A stretch of 64,000 bases of DNA from Octopus vulgaris (GCA_951406725.2 OX597822.1:15252001-15316000), one strand, 5' to 3'; positions 25,016-39,460 are shown, counted from the first letter of the stretch. Program-made: numbers and translations. The notes: generated by a model from the sequence alone, not told the origin.

Positions 25016-27914
25016 TCAGGCTGTTACCCTCGCAGTCATCGCGGCTGTCTCCATGATTATAATCACCACCGTTATCGTTATCGTAGTCCTCGCAGTCATC
25101 ATCATCATCACCATCATCAACATCAGCGGAAGTATCGCTTTACTCTTTCAGTATTTCTTTACCTTTAATGTGAGGTAAATCATCAGATATCGTTTACGCA
25201 TCGAACAAACATACATTATGCTTTTATTCCAGCTCTCTATATGGTGACTGCAAATACTGCCGAGGTTAGCTTAGGCCTACACAACTCGGGGCGACGTTCT
25301 ACAGGCTAAACTATCAGTCAAATAGTAGGAGAAGAGACCATAATCAACTCGTGTTACTTCCCCATAAACTTCTGAACCCTCGACTACGTTACAAACATTC
25401 CTTTAAAATTAATGCCAAAAGATGGTGGAGTAGCTTGTGGCTGTTGTGTTCATATACCTTTGCAACATCATGGGGCATAAATGGTTAATACGAAACATAA
25501 AATATATTTGTTAGATGTGAGTCTTCGCTGTTGGTGATTACAAATCTGTCATGCATTTTATTAATTGCTTTCTCACTGTAATTATGTAACACGAAATGAA
25601 ATAAATCTTGCTGTATTTACACTTCAATTGTCTTATGTTCCGAATATAACGTCGCGGGCAATCATTATATTCAAGATATAACGGAGGTTAGAATAACTTC
25701 TACAAGATAATGCTAACGCTATGTTAATCTGTAAATGTATTTTTGTTTTCTTTCTCTTTTGTGTGAATAATAATAATTCCAGAATTTTATTTCTTTTTTC
25801 CATTGTTATTGCATTATAATACAAAGTTTTAGTTTTGAAATTAAAATTTGCAATCAATAATTTCACTGATAATATTTCTAACCTTATGGACCCTGTTTTA
25901 AAGGAGGTGATAAAACATGTCCTGTAGTAATGTATTTTATATCAATGAAATATTCAGCTTTTGACATTATCAAATATTGCATGATTTACTTTCTTTCACT
26001 CATATAGTTTGATTAATTCATTTCACTGCCACCCGTTGGCTGTTCTATTTCATTAATAAATTCCTACATAATTAACTATAAATCTGCATTGTGTCTTCTC
26101 ACATTATTACAAAGGCTTCCGCTCACAAGAGCTCAGTGACCCTTGTACACTCCCACTTAAGCTATTACATTTCGTCATTTAATATGTCTCTTATCGTTCG
26201 AGACTTCTCTTGAATGTTCTGAATAATATTTCATGATTTACGTGATTACTGCATCCCATCACGCAATTGTTTGGCTCTTCCATGATTACTGTTGTAAAAT
26301 GAAATAAAAATGGAAATAAATGAATGGAGTCTGTTTTTTAATTGATGTAAATCTAAAACTAGAATATAATGACTTTTTACATTTGACCCGGTTGTCTATA
26401 AAACAATTTCATTAGAACAACTTAAACTGTTAAAGCTAGATATAAACTTTTACAATATTATACACAAGAAACTCTCTTTGAAGTCTGCCGATTAAGAGTT
26501 ATACATTTTTTCCATTTATGTTTCCGAATTGGGATTATCCTGGCGTAACTGAGAGTTATATATGTTTCTCTCTGTCTCTCGCTATCTCTCTCTCTCTTCT
26601 CTCTCTCTCTCTTTCTTTCTGCATCACATTTGACAAAGTTTGATATGCCTCAGAGTCTCATATTTTCATCATCTCTTATGAATGACTATGTTTTTGTGAA
26701 TATTTAACTACATACAGGCACTCTCTCTCGCTCTCTCTCACACACGCACACACACAAACTCACATACACACACTGGCATGCTCCCTTCATCACCCTGCAA
26801 CCATAGGAAAGTATCCTAGTTATCTGGAATCAAACTTCAGCCGTTCCCATGAATTGAAAGACAAACAATCTTCAATGAAAATATGACAACAATAATCAAC
26901 AATTACTCCACCTGTCTACAAATCGGACATGCATAACATGCTTTATCGGTCGTAATTAATAGACAGCTCAATGCAGCTCATAATGAAAGGCTAAACTTCA
27001 AAGTCTATGCAAAATTGCATACGTATATAATTGAAAAACTTATGTAATGATAATTTTTACTAGTATTATTGTGCTTACTTGGTGCATAGATGGTCGCTTA
27101 TCTTGACAGAAAAACAAAACGGCTATATCTTCCTCAAATTATTTCATGCATTCTTCAAAAGAGAAAAATGAACTTGATAATATACTCCTACATATTGTTA
27201 AAAATAAGGATTGCCACGTCTCCAGTATATTTGTCCACAGAGAAGCTCAATCAAAGATGATATATTGTCAGGTATCATCAGAGATGCCAACTTCATTTCA
27301 CATTTCTCCAACAGCCAACACTATTCAGCAATGAATTCCCAAATGTAAATTCAATTTCACATCTGTGTGGGACATCTTAAGGCAGTTATACGTATTGCGT
27401 GACGCCCGTGATGTTTTTCATAATGCAATCGCAGAGGTATTAACCGAGGTGTCTTTATAATTTCGAAATTTTCTTTGTTTCGTTGCTTATGCAACAAGGA
27501 GAGACTCATACAACAGTCTATAAATGAAATATAATACATCATAACAAAACTATGTGGATACCTAAGGCAATGCAATATATGAAATCTTAAACTTCAATGC
27601 AAACAAAATGAAATATTTCCATATGGCACAAGAAATGATGAATTAAAAATGGTAATAAGTAAAATCAAAGCAGAATCATGTTCTCTTCTCAACCAGTGTC
27701 ATAAGGACACACTTTGATAATTTTGATTTTTTGTTGTTGTTTTTGTTATATTTTGGTCCCAATTCAACCATTATGAACAGAATTATATTTAAAGTTTTTT
27801 CTAGCTATGGTCGTTCCATTTTTTGTATGTAAGGCAAGAGCTAGGGATATATTTTCAGTGAATTTGTCAAAATTTAAAAAAGATAGGACACATTTTGACT
27901 TAATAATATTTCTT

Positions 27915-28135
27915 GCGGGTCGAGGGCAGAAAGCTGACTGAATCGTTAGCACGAAAAATGCTTAGTGGCATTTCGTCTGTTTTTACTTTCTGAGTTCAAA
28001 TTCCGCCGAGATCGAACTTGTCTTCCATCATCTCGTGGTCGATAAAAAAGTTAACCACCGAGAACAGAAGCTAATGTAATCAAATATGCCCTTTCCCCGA
28101 GCTTGCCGTCCTTGTGCCAAAATTGGAAACCAATA
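27915..28135 (+). mobile_element. SINE family B variant
   Basis: CTGACTGAATCGTTAGCACG..ATTTCGTCTG..GAGTTCAAATTCCGCCGAG. A further decayed copy follows to about 28270. Confidence 0.75.
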
Positions 28136-28719
28136 TTTCTAGCAGATTGCTCGAATCAGTAGAAAGACGCTAAATTGTATTCTTCTATATATTTACGATT
28201 CCACACTAGCTGAGCTCAAACTTGGCAACAGGTAACTTTGCTTGTCTTCTAGTTGTAATCGATAAAATAAAATGTAGAGGATTTCAAGTCTTATACTATA
28301 TTCTAGTCCTTTACCTATATTCAAAATCAATATTTCTAATGGATCGAGTGACCATATTATAGCACCTTCCATATCTTCTTTATATTTAGGTTTTTTCGAT
28401 TGAGTTATGTCTGGCAGTGAGAATTATCTTTTAAAATTTATCGACTGGTAAGCAATGTTCTTTGTAAGGATATAGTAGTCTTTGGGATATATTGACTCAA
28501 GCAAGTTTAGCTTTTGTATATATGTCAAAATCCTATCTGGTCAATAACACCAAATATTTAACTCTACTATTATGTCTCTGTAAATATGTATCGAACACTT
28601 TTAATATACTTCACTCTCTTTGCAATTATCAAAGTAAGAGTGCAATAATTGCTTGTAATCTCTACACTGCAAGAATCCATAAATAAATATTTTAAACTCC
28701 TAATAGATTTATTCCTAAT

Positions 28720-28951
<232 letters not shown>

Positions 28952-29149
28952 TAGTTTTTGCAGAATACAATGCGAACAAAAACTCACAAAGAGCGGAGAC
29001 TCGAAAACCCGGGTGGGTTTAAATATGAAACGAAACGTACATTTACAAACTCTCTCTCACACACACATACATATATATCTTAAAGTTCAAAGGATATATA
29101 TACACATATATAAGCAAATATATATTTATGATATACACGTAAATGTATA

Positions 29150-29213
29150 TGTGTTTATATTTACATATGTATCTATATTTCTACATATATACATGCATAT
29201 ATATATATATATG

Positions 29214-29246
<33 letters not shown>

Positions 29247-29331
29247 GTGCATATATGCATATATATATATATGTGTATATATGTATATATATATATATGT
29301 GTGTATATATATATATACATATATATATATG

Positions 29332-29371
<40 letters not shown>

Positions 29372-29409
29372 TATACGTATATGTACGAATATATATGTAT
29401 ATATATATG

Positions 29410-29441
<32 letters not shown>

Positions 29442-29600
29442 TATATCTATGTATGTATATATGTATATATGTATATATACATATATGTATGTATATATGT
29501 ATATATGTATATATATGTATATATGTATGTATATATATGAGTATATATATATGTGTATATGTGTATATATATATAAGTGTATATGTGTATATATGTACAT
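29150..29600. repeat. Cryptic (TA)/(TATG) low-complexity tract
   Basis: Directly visible. Confidence 0.9.
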
Positions 29601-30284
29601 TTCTATATTATTGGAGTTCAAAGGAAAATAATAACTAAATCAAAATGCTACATTACTGGACATAACAGCTTTTAGGTACGATTTAGTGGCATTGATTTGC
29701 CAAACCTACAATGGAATCATTCATTTCGAATGCAATTAGGTTTCGTAAGAAGCCAATTCTACTGTAATTTTCGGTGGACGGTGTCTAAATATTTGGAAAC
29801 TTCACATTAATAATCGATTAGTAATAAATGCGGATTCAAAGAAAATGGCTTCGCTGCTATAACAAATCAAGAGCCAGACATATTTCAATATTAATAAACT
29901 AATCGTTGAGATCGACAAACATAAAGCAAGGCTATTTGTCGTTGTGCGTTCATATTATTTTCCCCCGATTCTTAAAAACGAAAGCTATAAACTACTACAG
30001 CTTCTATAGAATGTAATCTTGAATATGTTTATTTCTTAATACTGGTTGCGGATTATTCACGCCACACGGATCCCTCATTAACATAATGTGTACAGAGCAG
30101 TTTTGTGGCGCTCTTAATATTTTATTAATATCTAGAATTATATTTGGTAGGTATATGTGTAGTATGTGTGTGTATGTGCACATATATAGATATAGACAGA
30201 TATAAATACGTGCATACGTATATACGCATAGATATTATATATAGAAAACATACCAATAATTACATTAAATCAATTTCTGTAACA

Positions 30285-30338
<54 letters not shown>

Positions 30339-30340
<2 letters not shown>

Positions 30341-30744
30341 TAGCAGTATAGCCCGGCGTTTCTCGGGTTTGTTTTTTAGTTGCTCTTAAAACGGCAGTTT
30401 TTGATGTCGCGTTAACAAAGTTTTGACATAGTTTCAATCTTTTTTGAAATGTAAAACTTTTGCATTATGTAGCTTGTTATTCTCTTTAAGTGAATATTTT
30501 TCTGGTTGTGATACGGCAGAAATATGGCAACCCAGCAGTCAAAAAATCGTAAAAAATAGGGATTTTCAAGGCAAAAAAATAGCACCTTTTGATGTAAATA
30601 ATTATTGATCTTAACATTGTCCGATTTAAATGTTATCTTCTTCGGAATGAAGAGCAAGCCTTTTTCTATAACACTCTCAATATTGGTCAACTTGCACCGC
30701 AGGGTCTCGGAGGAGATAGTGTTAGTTGAAGGCTACCAAACCTA

Positions 30745-30782
<38 letters not shown>

Positions 30783-30795
30783 CTTCAGCTTTATA
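30339..30795. mobile_element. HINE/DINE-1-like (Helentron-associated) non-autonomous element
   Basis: One end is ACTAGC..CCCGGCGTTTCTCGGG hairpin. The other end is a (CA)n microsatellite followed by CTTCAGCTTTATA, in a TA-rich context. Confidence 0.6.
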
Positions 30796-31129
30796 TGTAT
30801 ATATATATATATCTATATATATATTGTTGTATTTCGGGAAGGTCATTCTTTTTTTGCCAAATAAACACACGCACTGTATATTCGTTCTTCACTCGTTATT
30901 ACTCTTCTTATTCTATCTCATGCCCATTTTCCAGAAATCTTTCGTCGCACGTCCGTGATCTCTTCAGTGACACTGTCCATCTTCATGTGTACTCTTGCTC
31001 CACTTAAGAACAGTAATAAACGAGTGAATACCAAATATGTAGGGCGTATGTTTGGCAAAATAAAAAGTTCACCATCCCGAAACCCAACAATATCTGTTTC
31101 ACATCAAGAATCTTGCAACACAAATTCAT

Positions 31130-31180
<51 letters not shown>

Positions 31181-31201
31181 TACACAGACAGCTTCATGCA
31201 A

Positions 31202-31665
31202 TTATATAATATATGCATTCCGAGAAATTCCTGATTGTTCACGTGTTACAACCTGCCTGACTACCGTAGTTTTTCCTTCAACCGTATAACAGTCTACGTG
31301 CCCGTTGTGTATATGGTTTATATACCAAATGTTGGTGTTGTTTTCTATCAAAAACTCGAAGAATTTCTTTTGGCAATAGCATTTCCAAATGATTCTATTG
31401 CAAAGGTAAACACCTGCCGTAGTTGTAAATACTTCACACAAGTCATCTCAGAGACCCCACCCCCGGCCGTTTTGTTAATATTTCTAACCAGAGTCACCAA
31501 TATGTCTTGTCTTATTACTGTTTGCGTTGCTAAAAGAGAAAATAGTCTTTGCTGTTTAGGTCTAATATTAGAGAAACATATACGTTCCTTTAGACATTTC
31601 TTTTGAAGGTCAATATCTTTTCCGCCAGGCATTATATCCAGCCTTCAAAATATTGTTTTTCTGAG
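31202..31665 (-). pseudogene. Possible decayed Maverick/Polinton-type DNA polymerase B fragment
   Basis: Frameshifted order MPGGKDID..KERICFS..QRLFS..QDIL and EFLIENNTNIWYINHIHNGHVDCYTVEGKTTV resembles pPolB P...YY...M..KER..F..WY..FDF..DV.IL and WLEYL....I.IQHALNG..VDGY....KTV. Confidence 0.25.
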
Positions 31666-31754
31666 TATATTTTAGTGTAACATTTAGTTTGCTGTATCTT
31701 TTGGTTTCCCGTGTCTCAATGCATCGAAATTTTCTTTTTCATTCCCTACACACC

Positions 31755-32090
31755 TGAGGTTAAGAAGTTAGTTTTGCAACTATGTGGTTTCCAGTTTGGT
31801 CTCTGCTCTGTCTTCTACCACGGACCCTGGACGATTAATGCTTTCTGAGCGATGTTGGTAGACAGAAACTATGTGAAATCCCGTCATATATATATATTTG
31901 TATATATTTATATATGTATCTTTGTGTTTTTCTTCCATCGCTTGAAAGCCGGTCTTCGTTTGTTTTCGTTCTAGTAACTTACCATTTCATCGAAATACAG
32001 ATTCAACACAAAAATGTCAGTTTGTTTCACTAAACTGTTGAAGGCAATGTATGACCTCAATCCAATGACTGAAGCAGGTAAAACATAAAA
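31755..32090 (+). mobile_element. SINE family A, degenerate
   Basis: TAAGAAGTTAG..TGTCTTCTAC..TTGGTAGACAGAAACT..CAAATGACTGAA-like 3' end. Confidence 0.65.
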
Positions 32091-32120
32091 TATGTAATAA
32101 CTGAGAGCTGATTCTCTCTC

Positions 32121-32341
32121 TTAATTAGTCTTTTGATCGCCATATTGCGAATGGACCAGGAAATCTTTCGTCCAGAAACCATTCTGTTGGCCAACTTGAG
32201 TTCCTTCTGTAAGATAGATTGAACACAGGAGAATCAGTCCAAATACCAAGATCTGAACAGCCACATCCCACCGTGCAGAAAATATCCTCTTGGCAATTGC
32301 CATGAACAATTTTCCACATTACGAGAAGAAACAATGCGGGT
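32121..32341 (-). CDS. Candidate coding exon with signal-peptide-like content
   Basis: Acceptor-like GTTTTACAG, higher GC than the flanks, and two long open frames (PALFLLVMWKIVHGNCQEDIFCTVGCGCSDLG..; MAIAKRIFSARWDVAVQILVFGLILLCSIYLTEGTQ..). Non-repetitive. Confidence 0.3.
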
Positions 32342-32371
32342 CTGTAAAACATTATTAATAAAGCATACCTG

Positions 32372-32572
32372 TTTCAAATTCTGCTACAAAGCCAGCAGGT
32401 TTGTGGCTAAGTCGATTAGGTCGGCTCCACTACTCAACTGATACTTATTTTATCATCCCGAAAATATGAAAGGCAAAGTCGACCCTGGCGGAATTTTAAC
32501 TGAGAACGTAAATACTGAAATGCCGGTAAGCATTTTGCCCGCTCTGCTAAATGGTCTGCCATCTCACCACTT
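32372..32572 (-). mobile_element. SINE family B variant
   Basis: ATGAAAGGCAAAGTCGACCCTGGCGGAATTTTAACTGAGAACGTA. Confidence 0.75.
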
Positions 32573-33284
32573 CGTTTGCAATAAAAACATTTCAGATATG
32601 CATAAATACAATACTTGTTAATGATATAATGGACGCCTACATAATTAATTTTAATTTTGTATTCAGGATAACTTCAGATTCAGCAAAGAGCGTTTTAAAC
32701 ATTGATTAGTGTTACGATAATTAAATTTCTCCATTTAAAAATTTTTAGGTCTATGAATATTCATTTCGAGCTCTAATTGTGAAAACGCTCAAATACTCAG
32801 AAGGAACACTTGCAGGAAGCTGACCTACAATGGAGGTCGGGAAAATGGTTACGACATATAGGTTTTATTTTGTCCAAGATGTCCTTGTAAATATTCCAGT
32901 AATCTAAAATCATGATTATATGATTGGTGGCCCTACATGGTTATTATATATATACGCGCGTGTGTGTGCTTGTGCGTGTTTCCGTATAATAATCGTGTTT
33001 TTATCTGAAAGAGGGATTAGCTACATAAAATTGTGAAAGTGTGCGATTATTTGATACTAAACTTCCCCTGACACGTTGGATAACTGACGGTTCAAGTTGG
33101 AAAACATTGAAGCTGATTTCAAAATTGAAATGAAAGTTAATTTTACGATGATTCAGTTAACCACAAACAAAACTGGCATAACTACAGATGTGTAACCTTC
33201 CCCCACCGATTTTGTTGACTCTTAGCTTCCAGAAAAATGGATACGTTTCGACGTATATATATATACATACATACATATATATAG

Positions 33285-33742
33285 TTGTCGGAAATAGTGT
33301 AGGAGAAGTGGAGGGCAGGATGGAAAAATTTGACAAAAGAGAGAAGAGAGTCGAGTCTAGATGTTCGAGGGAAAGTGAGGTCGCACCGATACAGTCGTCA
33401 ATATAACGACCAAATAGTTCATGAGTGGAACCAGTGAAACTTGAGAATATTTGGGCATCAACGTAGCCAACGAATAGGTTCGTATAGTTGGGGCCCATTC
33501 TCATTCCCATGGACACACACGAGACTTGCTGGTAAAAATCACACGCAAATGAGAAGCAGTTAAGTGAGAGGACAACTTCGGCTAGCCGAAGGTGTGGATG
33601 TGTCAGGTTGGGGGTTGTGTCGAAGGCCAAGGGATCACCGCGTATAGACTCTTTATGTCAAGAGTGAAGAGAAGTTTGGAGGGGCCAGGAGGGAAGGTGA
33701 AAGAGTTGAACAAACGAAGAGCATGGTTAGTGTCATGTATAT
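33285..33742 (-). pseudogene. Penelope-like element RT core fragment
   Basis: IHDTNHALRLFNSF..LLFTLDIKSLYAVIP (frameshift) LRLAEVVLSLNCFSF..FYQQVSCVSMGMRMGPNYTNLFVGY..RYIDDC. Confidence 0.88.
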
Positions 33743-33743
33743 A

Positions 33744-34108
33744 GACGCAGGCGTGGCTGTGTGATAAGAAGTTTGCTTCCGACCCACATGGTTCCGATTT
33801 CAGTCCCACTGTGTGCGACCTTGGGAGGTGTCTTCTACTATTGTCTCGCGCCGACGAAAGCCTTGTGAATGGATTTGTTAGACGGAAACTGAAAGAAGCT
33901 GTGTCTGTGTGTGCTTGTGTGTCTGTATTTGTTCTCACATTCGCTTGACGATTGACGTTGGTGCTTTTACATACCCGTAACCTAGAGGTTCGGCAAAAGA
34001 GATTGATAGAATAAGTACTAGGTTTACGAAGAAGTCTTGGGATCGGTTTGTTCAACTAAAAGCGGTGCCCCAGTATGGCCGCAGTCAAACGACTGAACAA
34101 GTAAAAAA
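33744..34108 (+). mobile_element. SINE family A, full length
   Basis: A box TGGCTGTGTGA, B-box-like GGTTCCGATTTCAGTCCC, CORE-like GACCTTGGGAGGTGTCTT and 3' GGCCGCAGTCAAACGACTGAACAAGTAAAA. Confidence 0.85.
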
Positions 34109-34374
34109 ATAAAATAATACGGGGGACTTGTGTCTGTGTGTGTGTGCGTGTGTGTGTGTTCGTGTGTGTATGTGTGTGTGTGTGCGTGTGTGTGTGTGTG
34201 TGCGTACACGAGATGAAATAATTTCAAGGCGAGACCAAAATAGTCAAGGCGAGACCAAAAGCATTAAAAATATTGGGATATATACTTCTGTATTTCTATT
34301 TACTAATGGAACACGGTTTACTGTTACACAAATTATTAATAACTATTCGGTCGTTAACCTCGCTGTGTAACATA

Positions 34375-34521
34375 AAAATTCGTAATGCTTTCTAAAATTT
34401 TGTTTGAATATAGGAAAATATATTCCGTAGGAATATATTTTCCTATATTCGAACAAAATATATTCCAACGGAATATATTTTCCTATATTCAAACAAAATT
34501 TTAGAAAGCATTACGAATTTT
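34375..34521. repeat. Nested fold-back palindrome
   Basis: Perfect 54-bp arms at 34375-34428 and 34468-34521. The spacer is a partial copy of the arm. Confidence 0.9.
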
Positions 34522-34709
34522 CAGTGGTTAGAAAAAATATTGTAAATGATATGTTATGTCATTCGAATGACAGCAGTTTATAGTCAGTTCTTTCCTGCAT
34601 AAGTTTGCGATCTCTTGTAATATATTGGTGCGTCTGTATCTATGTATAGACACACACACACACACGCATAATTATATATATATATACATACATACATACA
34701 TACATAGAG

Positions 34710-34797
34710 AATCCCATTGAAGGCTTCGAGTGAAATGTTCCCAACTAAATGCGTCCAGCATGGCCACAGTCAAATGACTAAAACAAGTAAAAGAGAA
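34710..34797 (+). mobile_element. SINE family A 3' fragment
   Basis: TCCAGCATGGCCACAGTCAAATGACTAAAACAAGTAAAAGAG. Confidence 0.7.
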
Positions 34798-35281
34798 ACT
34801 AAATAAACCTCTTGTAAAACTTGCCAGTCTTCACTTGCGTCTTCTTTACAAATGGCGGGCAGAAAATAGCAAGATGGAATCATTTTCAAAGAAGACAGAT
34901 TTTTAATAGATTTAAAATTATACAAGATGGACATATGTAAATATATCAAATAGCATACAATATACATTGTTTTTATATATTAAAATTATGTGCTTGTACG
35001 GTTTGTGCTATTAATTAACAAACAATAACTGATATCACTTCAAAATTGAAAATCGAGATACTCTCAAGAACCCAGAGTCCTTGAAAGCTGAGTAAAAGGA
35101 GTGGATTATGGTCTGGCATATGCTGTTCAGTGTCGTTCTGCCAAAGAATCATGCACAGTGGAAATATTTGCGCAGCGACGGGAAAACAACTTCGACTAAT
35201 GTTTATACTTTTTATATTAGGAATTCTTTAACCTGCTCATATAACCAAACGCAGACACACACATACACACACACATATATA

Positions 35282-35423
<142 letters not shown>

Positions 35424-36000
35424 GCCTGTGTACGTTTATATTTATATAATGCAGTCGAATATGTGCTTTTCTGAATAAATGTGGCTTTAGAATTATATGT
35501 TATTAATCATACTATCTCTTTTATATTTTATCAGCTGAATTTATTACTTGTCAATATCTCTGCCATATATTATATCAGATCATTATGAATTGATTTCTTA
35601 ACTCTATCTTTTAAGCTTTTCTTTTCCCTAAGCTTTGATCATAGTATTCTTTCAGCATCTTTCCCTTTTCTGGTTGTAAGCATATCTATATATACACATA
35701 TATATAATTCTTAGGGCAGAGTTGAAAATCCTTAACCTTGATTAATAGAGCAGTGTAGTCATGTTGACTAGACTTAGATGTGTTATCGTTTGTATGAAAT
35801 ATATATATGCACATTGGATCAAACAAAATATGAGAAATGTGTTAAGAAACATCAATATCAGAAACTTCTAAACGCGTCTAGTCTTGTAGACCCACACACA
35901 TACACACACTCTCTCTCTCTCTCACACACTGCTCGCGCGCGTATATATACTTGCTTGTGGGATGTATGTGTTTGGGTGTGAAGATATATATTTTGTTTTA

Positions 36001-36236
36001 AGGCGGCGAGCTGGCAGAATCGTTAGCACGCCGGGCGAAATGCTTAGCCGTATTTCGTCTCCCCTTACGTTTTGAGTTCAAATTACGCCGAGGTCGACTT
36101 TGCCTTTCATCCTTTCGGGAAGGATTAAATAAGTACCAGTTACGCACTGGGGTCGATATAATCAACTTAATCCGTTTGTCTATCCTTGTTTGTCCCCTCT
36201 GTGTGTAGCCCGTTGTGGGCAGTAAATAAATAGGTA
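36001..36236 (+). mobile_element. SINE family B, full-length monomer
   Basis: GGCGGCGAGCTGGCAGAATCGTTAGCACGCCGGGCGAAATG..GAGTTCAAATTAC..AGTAAATAAATAGG. Confidence 0.88.
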
Positions 36237-37764
36237 TATATTTTTTTTTGTATTTTTGTTCGTGCGTGAGTGTTGATGCCGGAGATAATCGGTAAATATA
36301 TATTTTCGAGGTAACAATAAAAGAAAAAGACAATTCTTTTAACGTATCAAGAATGTTGCTGTTCTCGAAAAGTTAAAAAAAGGGAAAAAATACAAAAAAT
36401 TAAAATTCATATATCTCTTTTACGAATCTGTAGATAATGAAGCATTTAGCAGATTATATGTAAAATCAAATCATATAAATGTAACATAATTTATATAATC
36501 ATTTTAATATTCAACAGTAATTTTATAAAATTAATTGTAGCAAGCTTAAAATTATCCTTATACTTCGGTAAAGAGCTGCTATTTCATTTCAGCTACTCTT
36601 ATTAATAATCCAACTGATACACTTTTAAACGTTATTATAGCTTTTGTATTAACGTGAGCTGATACATTTTATATGCTGTACTGTCAGTATCAGAGTTCAG
36701 CTGGCAGCGTTATTTATAAGTCTCAAACATTGAAATTAATCCACTTAAAGATGGCGTTTGAATTGCACGATAGGTTAACGAGACTTGCCAAATTATAACC
36801 TAGAGAATTGGTAATTGCATGATAATTATTTGATAACTACGTGATAATTAATTGGCAGCTACAAGCTAATTAATTGATGCCTACATTAAAATCAATTGAA
36901 AATTAAAGAGTTGTTGCTGTCTTATTTTATCTATATTATTTTCTAATAGATAATGTTCAGTTCTAGAATTAGCAAACGCTATGTTTATTTAAACCTTCAT
37001 CAAGTGAAGAAAAGAAAATTGGTAAAAATAATACAGGAAGGGAAGATATAATGATCCACAACTCTTTCACTCTTTCTAAACACATACACACACAAACACA
37101 CACACACTCACACTCTCATCAGCTCACCAGCACGTACACGAGTACGTATGAACTACACAATGCACGTTTCTATCTATTATTATTTTACTCTGCCGAAACA
37201 ATTAGATCTCTATTATTACACACATATTATTTCTAAATATTTGAGTTCCGTGTAGAGTAAATATACGATCAGTGCATTAATACACGTTGAAGTTAATTCA
37301 TTCTTTTTCTGTTATTTTATTGGTTTCAGTGATTAAATTAGGAACATATTCCTCCGCTGCTTTCAATGATTTTAGTCAAAGTATTTTACTAAGAATTTTT
37401 TAACTTCATCATATTTTATGAAGATTGTGAGAAGTGAAACGTAAAGGAGATCATGGTGTAAAACAAGAAAGCTGTTCTGAATCTCTCTCTTGTATTTATG
37501 TACATAATACGTCTATATATGTGTGTGTTTGTGTGTGTGTATGCGTATGAATGCATCCGTGTACACGTATACATATGCATATATATATATATATATATAT
37601 GTATGTATATCTCTACCTATCTGTCTATCTCTCTCTCTCCGATATACACACACACATATATGTGCATATACATATATATATTTATGTGTGTGTGTGTGTG
37701 TGGGTGGGTGTGTGTATGTGTGCGGGGGTGTGTGTGTGTGTGTGCGGGTGTGCATATTCCTTGT

Positions 37765-37884
37765 GCTCCTTTTCGTTGAAGAGCGTAGGCTCGAAACATA
37801 AGACTCTCACCTTCCCGAGCGTTAAGCTAATGCACCTGTTGTTTATACACCAGTCTTCGTCTTTTGTTTTCTGTAAATTTCTAC

Positions 37885-37886
<2 letters not shown>
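37765..37886 (+). mobile_element. Short PLE pseudo-LTR-like repeat with hammerhead-like remnant
   Basis: TTGAAGAGCGTAGGCTCGAAACATAAGAC, embedded between (TG)n and (TA)n tracts. Confidence 0.4.
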
Positions 37887-37951
<65 letters not shown>

Positions 37952-38579
37952 TACACTGTCCAATGATATTACGCTATTTCCAAACCTAGTGATTTATTTT
38001 TAAATACAAGGATATTTGGAATTGTAACACTGAATTGTTTAGTATCACTTGACCTAAATAGAATCCTTACGCACATGCGCACAAACTGTGGAGATAAACC
38101 AGCTTGCTTTGATCCAAATGATCACAGTTTTGGAACTGATGATACTGAAAGAAGTCACTGGAAGGCGCTTTCAAGTAAATACTATCTTGTGTCTATGTAT
38201 TAGCAGGATGAGATTTACTTTCTCGAACAGTAGTACGTTTCACGTGAAGGGGTCCAAGCATGAGAATCATTTTGTCTGGGCCATTTTAAAGTTAATGCAT
38301 GAGAAGCAAAAATTCAGGGCAAAAACATTTTCAGCCTACGAAACAGAAAGTTGCTTCTCAAGATTGATAACACTTTAGCCATCGAGTAAATCTCTGCACG
38401 ACGTTCTTTGCGAATGAAAAATCAAAACGTAAATGAACTGTTTCCTACTACCGAATATCAGTCAATTGCAAGTAACGACCGAGAGGCCGTCATTTATCAA
38501 TCACTCAATCATTAAATCTATCTACGTCTACCTTTCTCTATCGCTCTCTATGTCTATATACATACACATGTGTGTGAAT

Positions 38580-38638
<59 letters not shown>

Positions 38639-39359
38639 TATATGTATATATATACATACGTATATATATATACATACGTATATATATGTATATATATACA
38701 TACGTATATATATATACATACGTATATATATATATATACATACGTATATATGTATATACACATACGTATATATATATATGTATGTACACATACGTACATA
38801 TATATATGCACATATGTATCTATATATGTGTATAGCTACATATGTGTATATGCATGTGTGTCTTATTGTTTGTATATTGTGTGGTATATATTTGTTTGTT
38901 TTTTCTTTGTTTCTGATATAAAACTATGAATAGCTCAGAAATAGTGTTTTGTCGATTTTCAGATATATTAAGTTATATATTTATCTATAGATATAAAGGT
39001 ATTTACGTAACAATCGATTTTTCAATCAATCACTTGGCGTCGGGGCGTCTGACGTACACGGCGATTTGTTAATTATCCTTTATTTCATATTTTTAGCATA
39101 TCTATATATCTTAAAATAATTCTTTTCGAAATTACCCGCAATGGATTCTTCGCCGAAACATTCGCTGGAGCAAACTTTCAACTAATTTTTAAGTAGTTAT
39201 GTTGGCGAGATATACAAAAATTCCATAAATAACTGCATGATATTAAAATGACTATATTTCTCACTGAGTCTAAACCGTAATGATACTGGATACACCGGTG
39301 ATATATTATTCATTGATTCAGATATAATACTCTCTCATAAATATATAAACACACACAAA

Positions 39360-39399
<40 letters not shown>

Positions 39400-39460
39400 C
39401 ATATATATATACATACACACACACATATATATATACATATATATTCATATATATATATAC

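Noticed and set aside
32121-32309. Proprotein convertase (PC2/furin) N-terminus (FWTKDFLVH)
   Set aside because: Only a few residues are similar, a stop follows immediately, and no catalytic-domain exons were seen.
32745-32810. Minus-strand hammerhead (GAGC..GCTC-GAAA-TGAATATTCA-TA)
   Set aside because: The core reads CUGAGUA with extra bases and there is no stem I.
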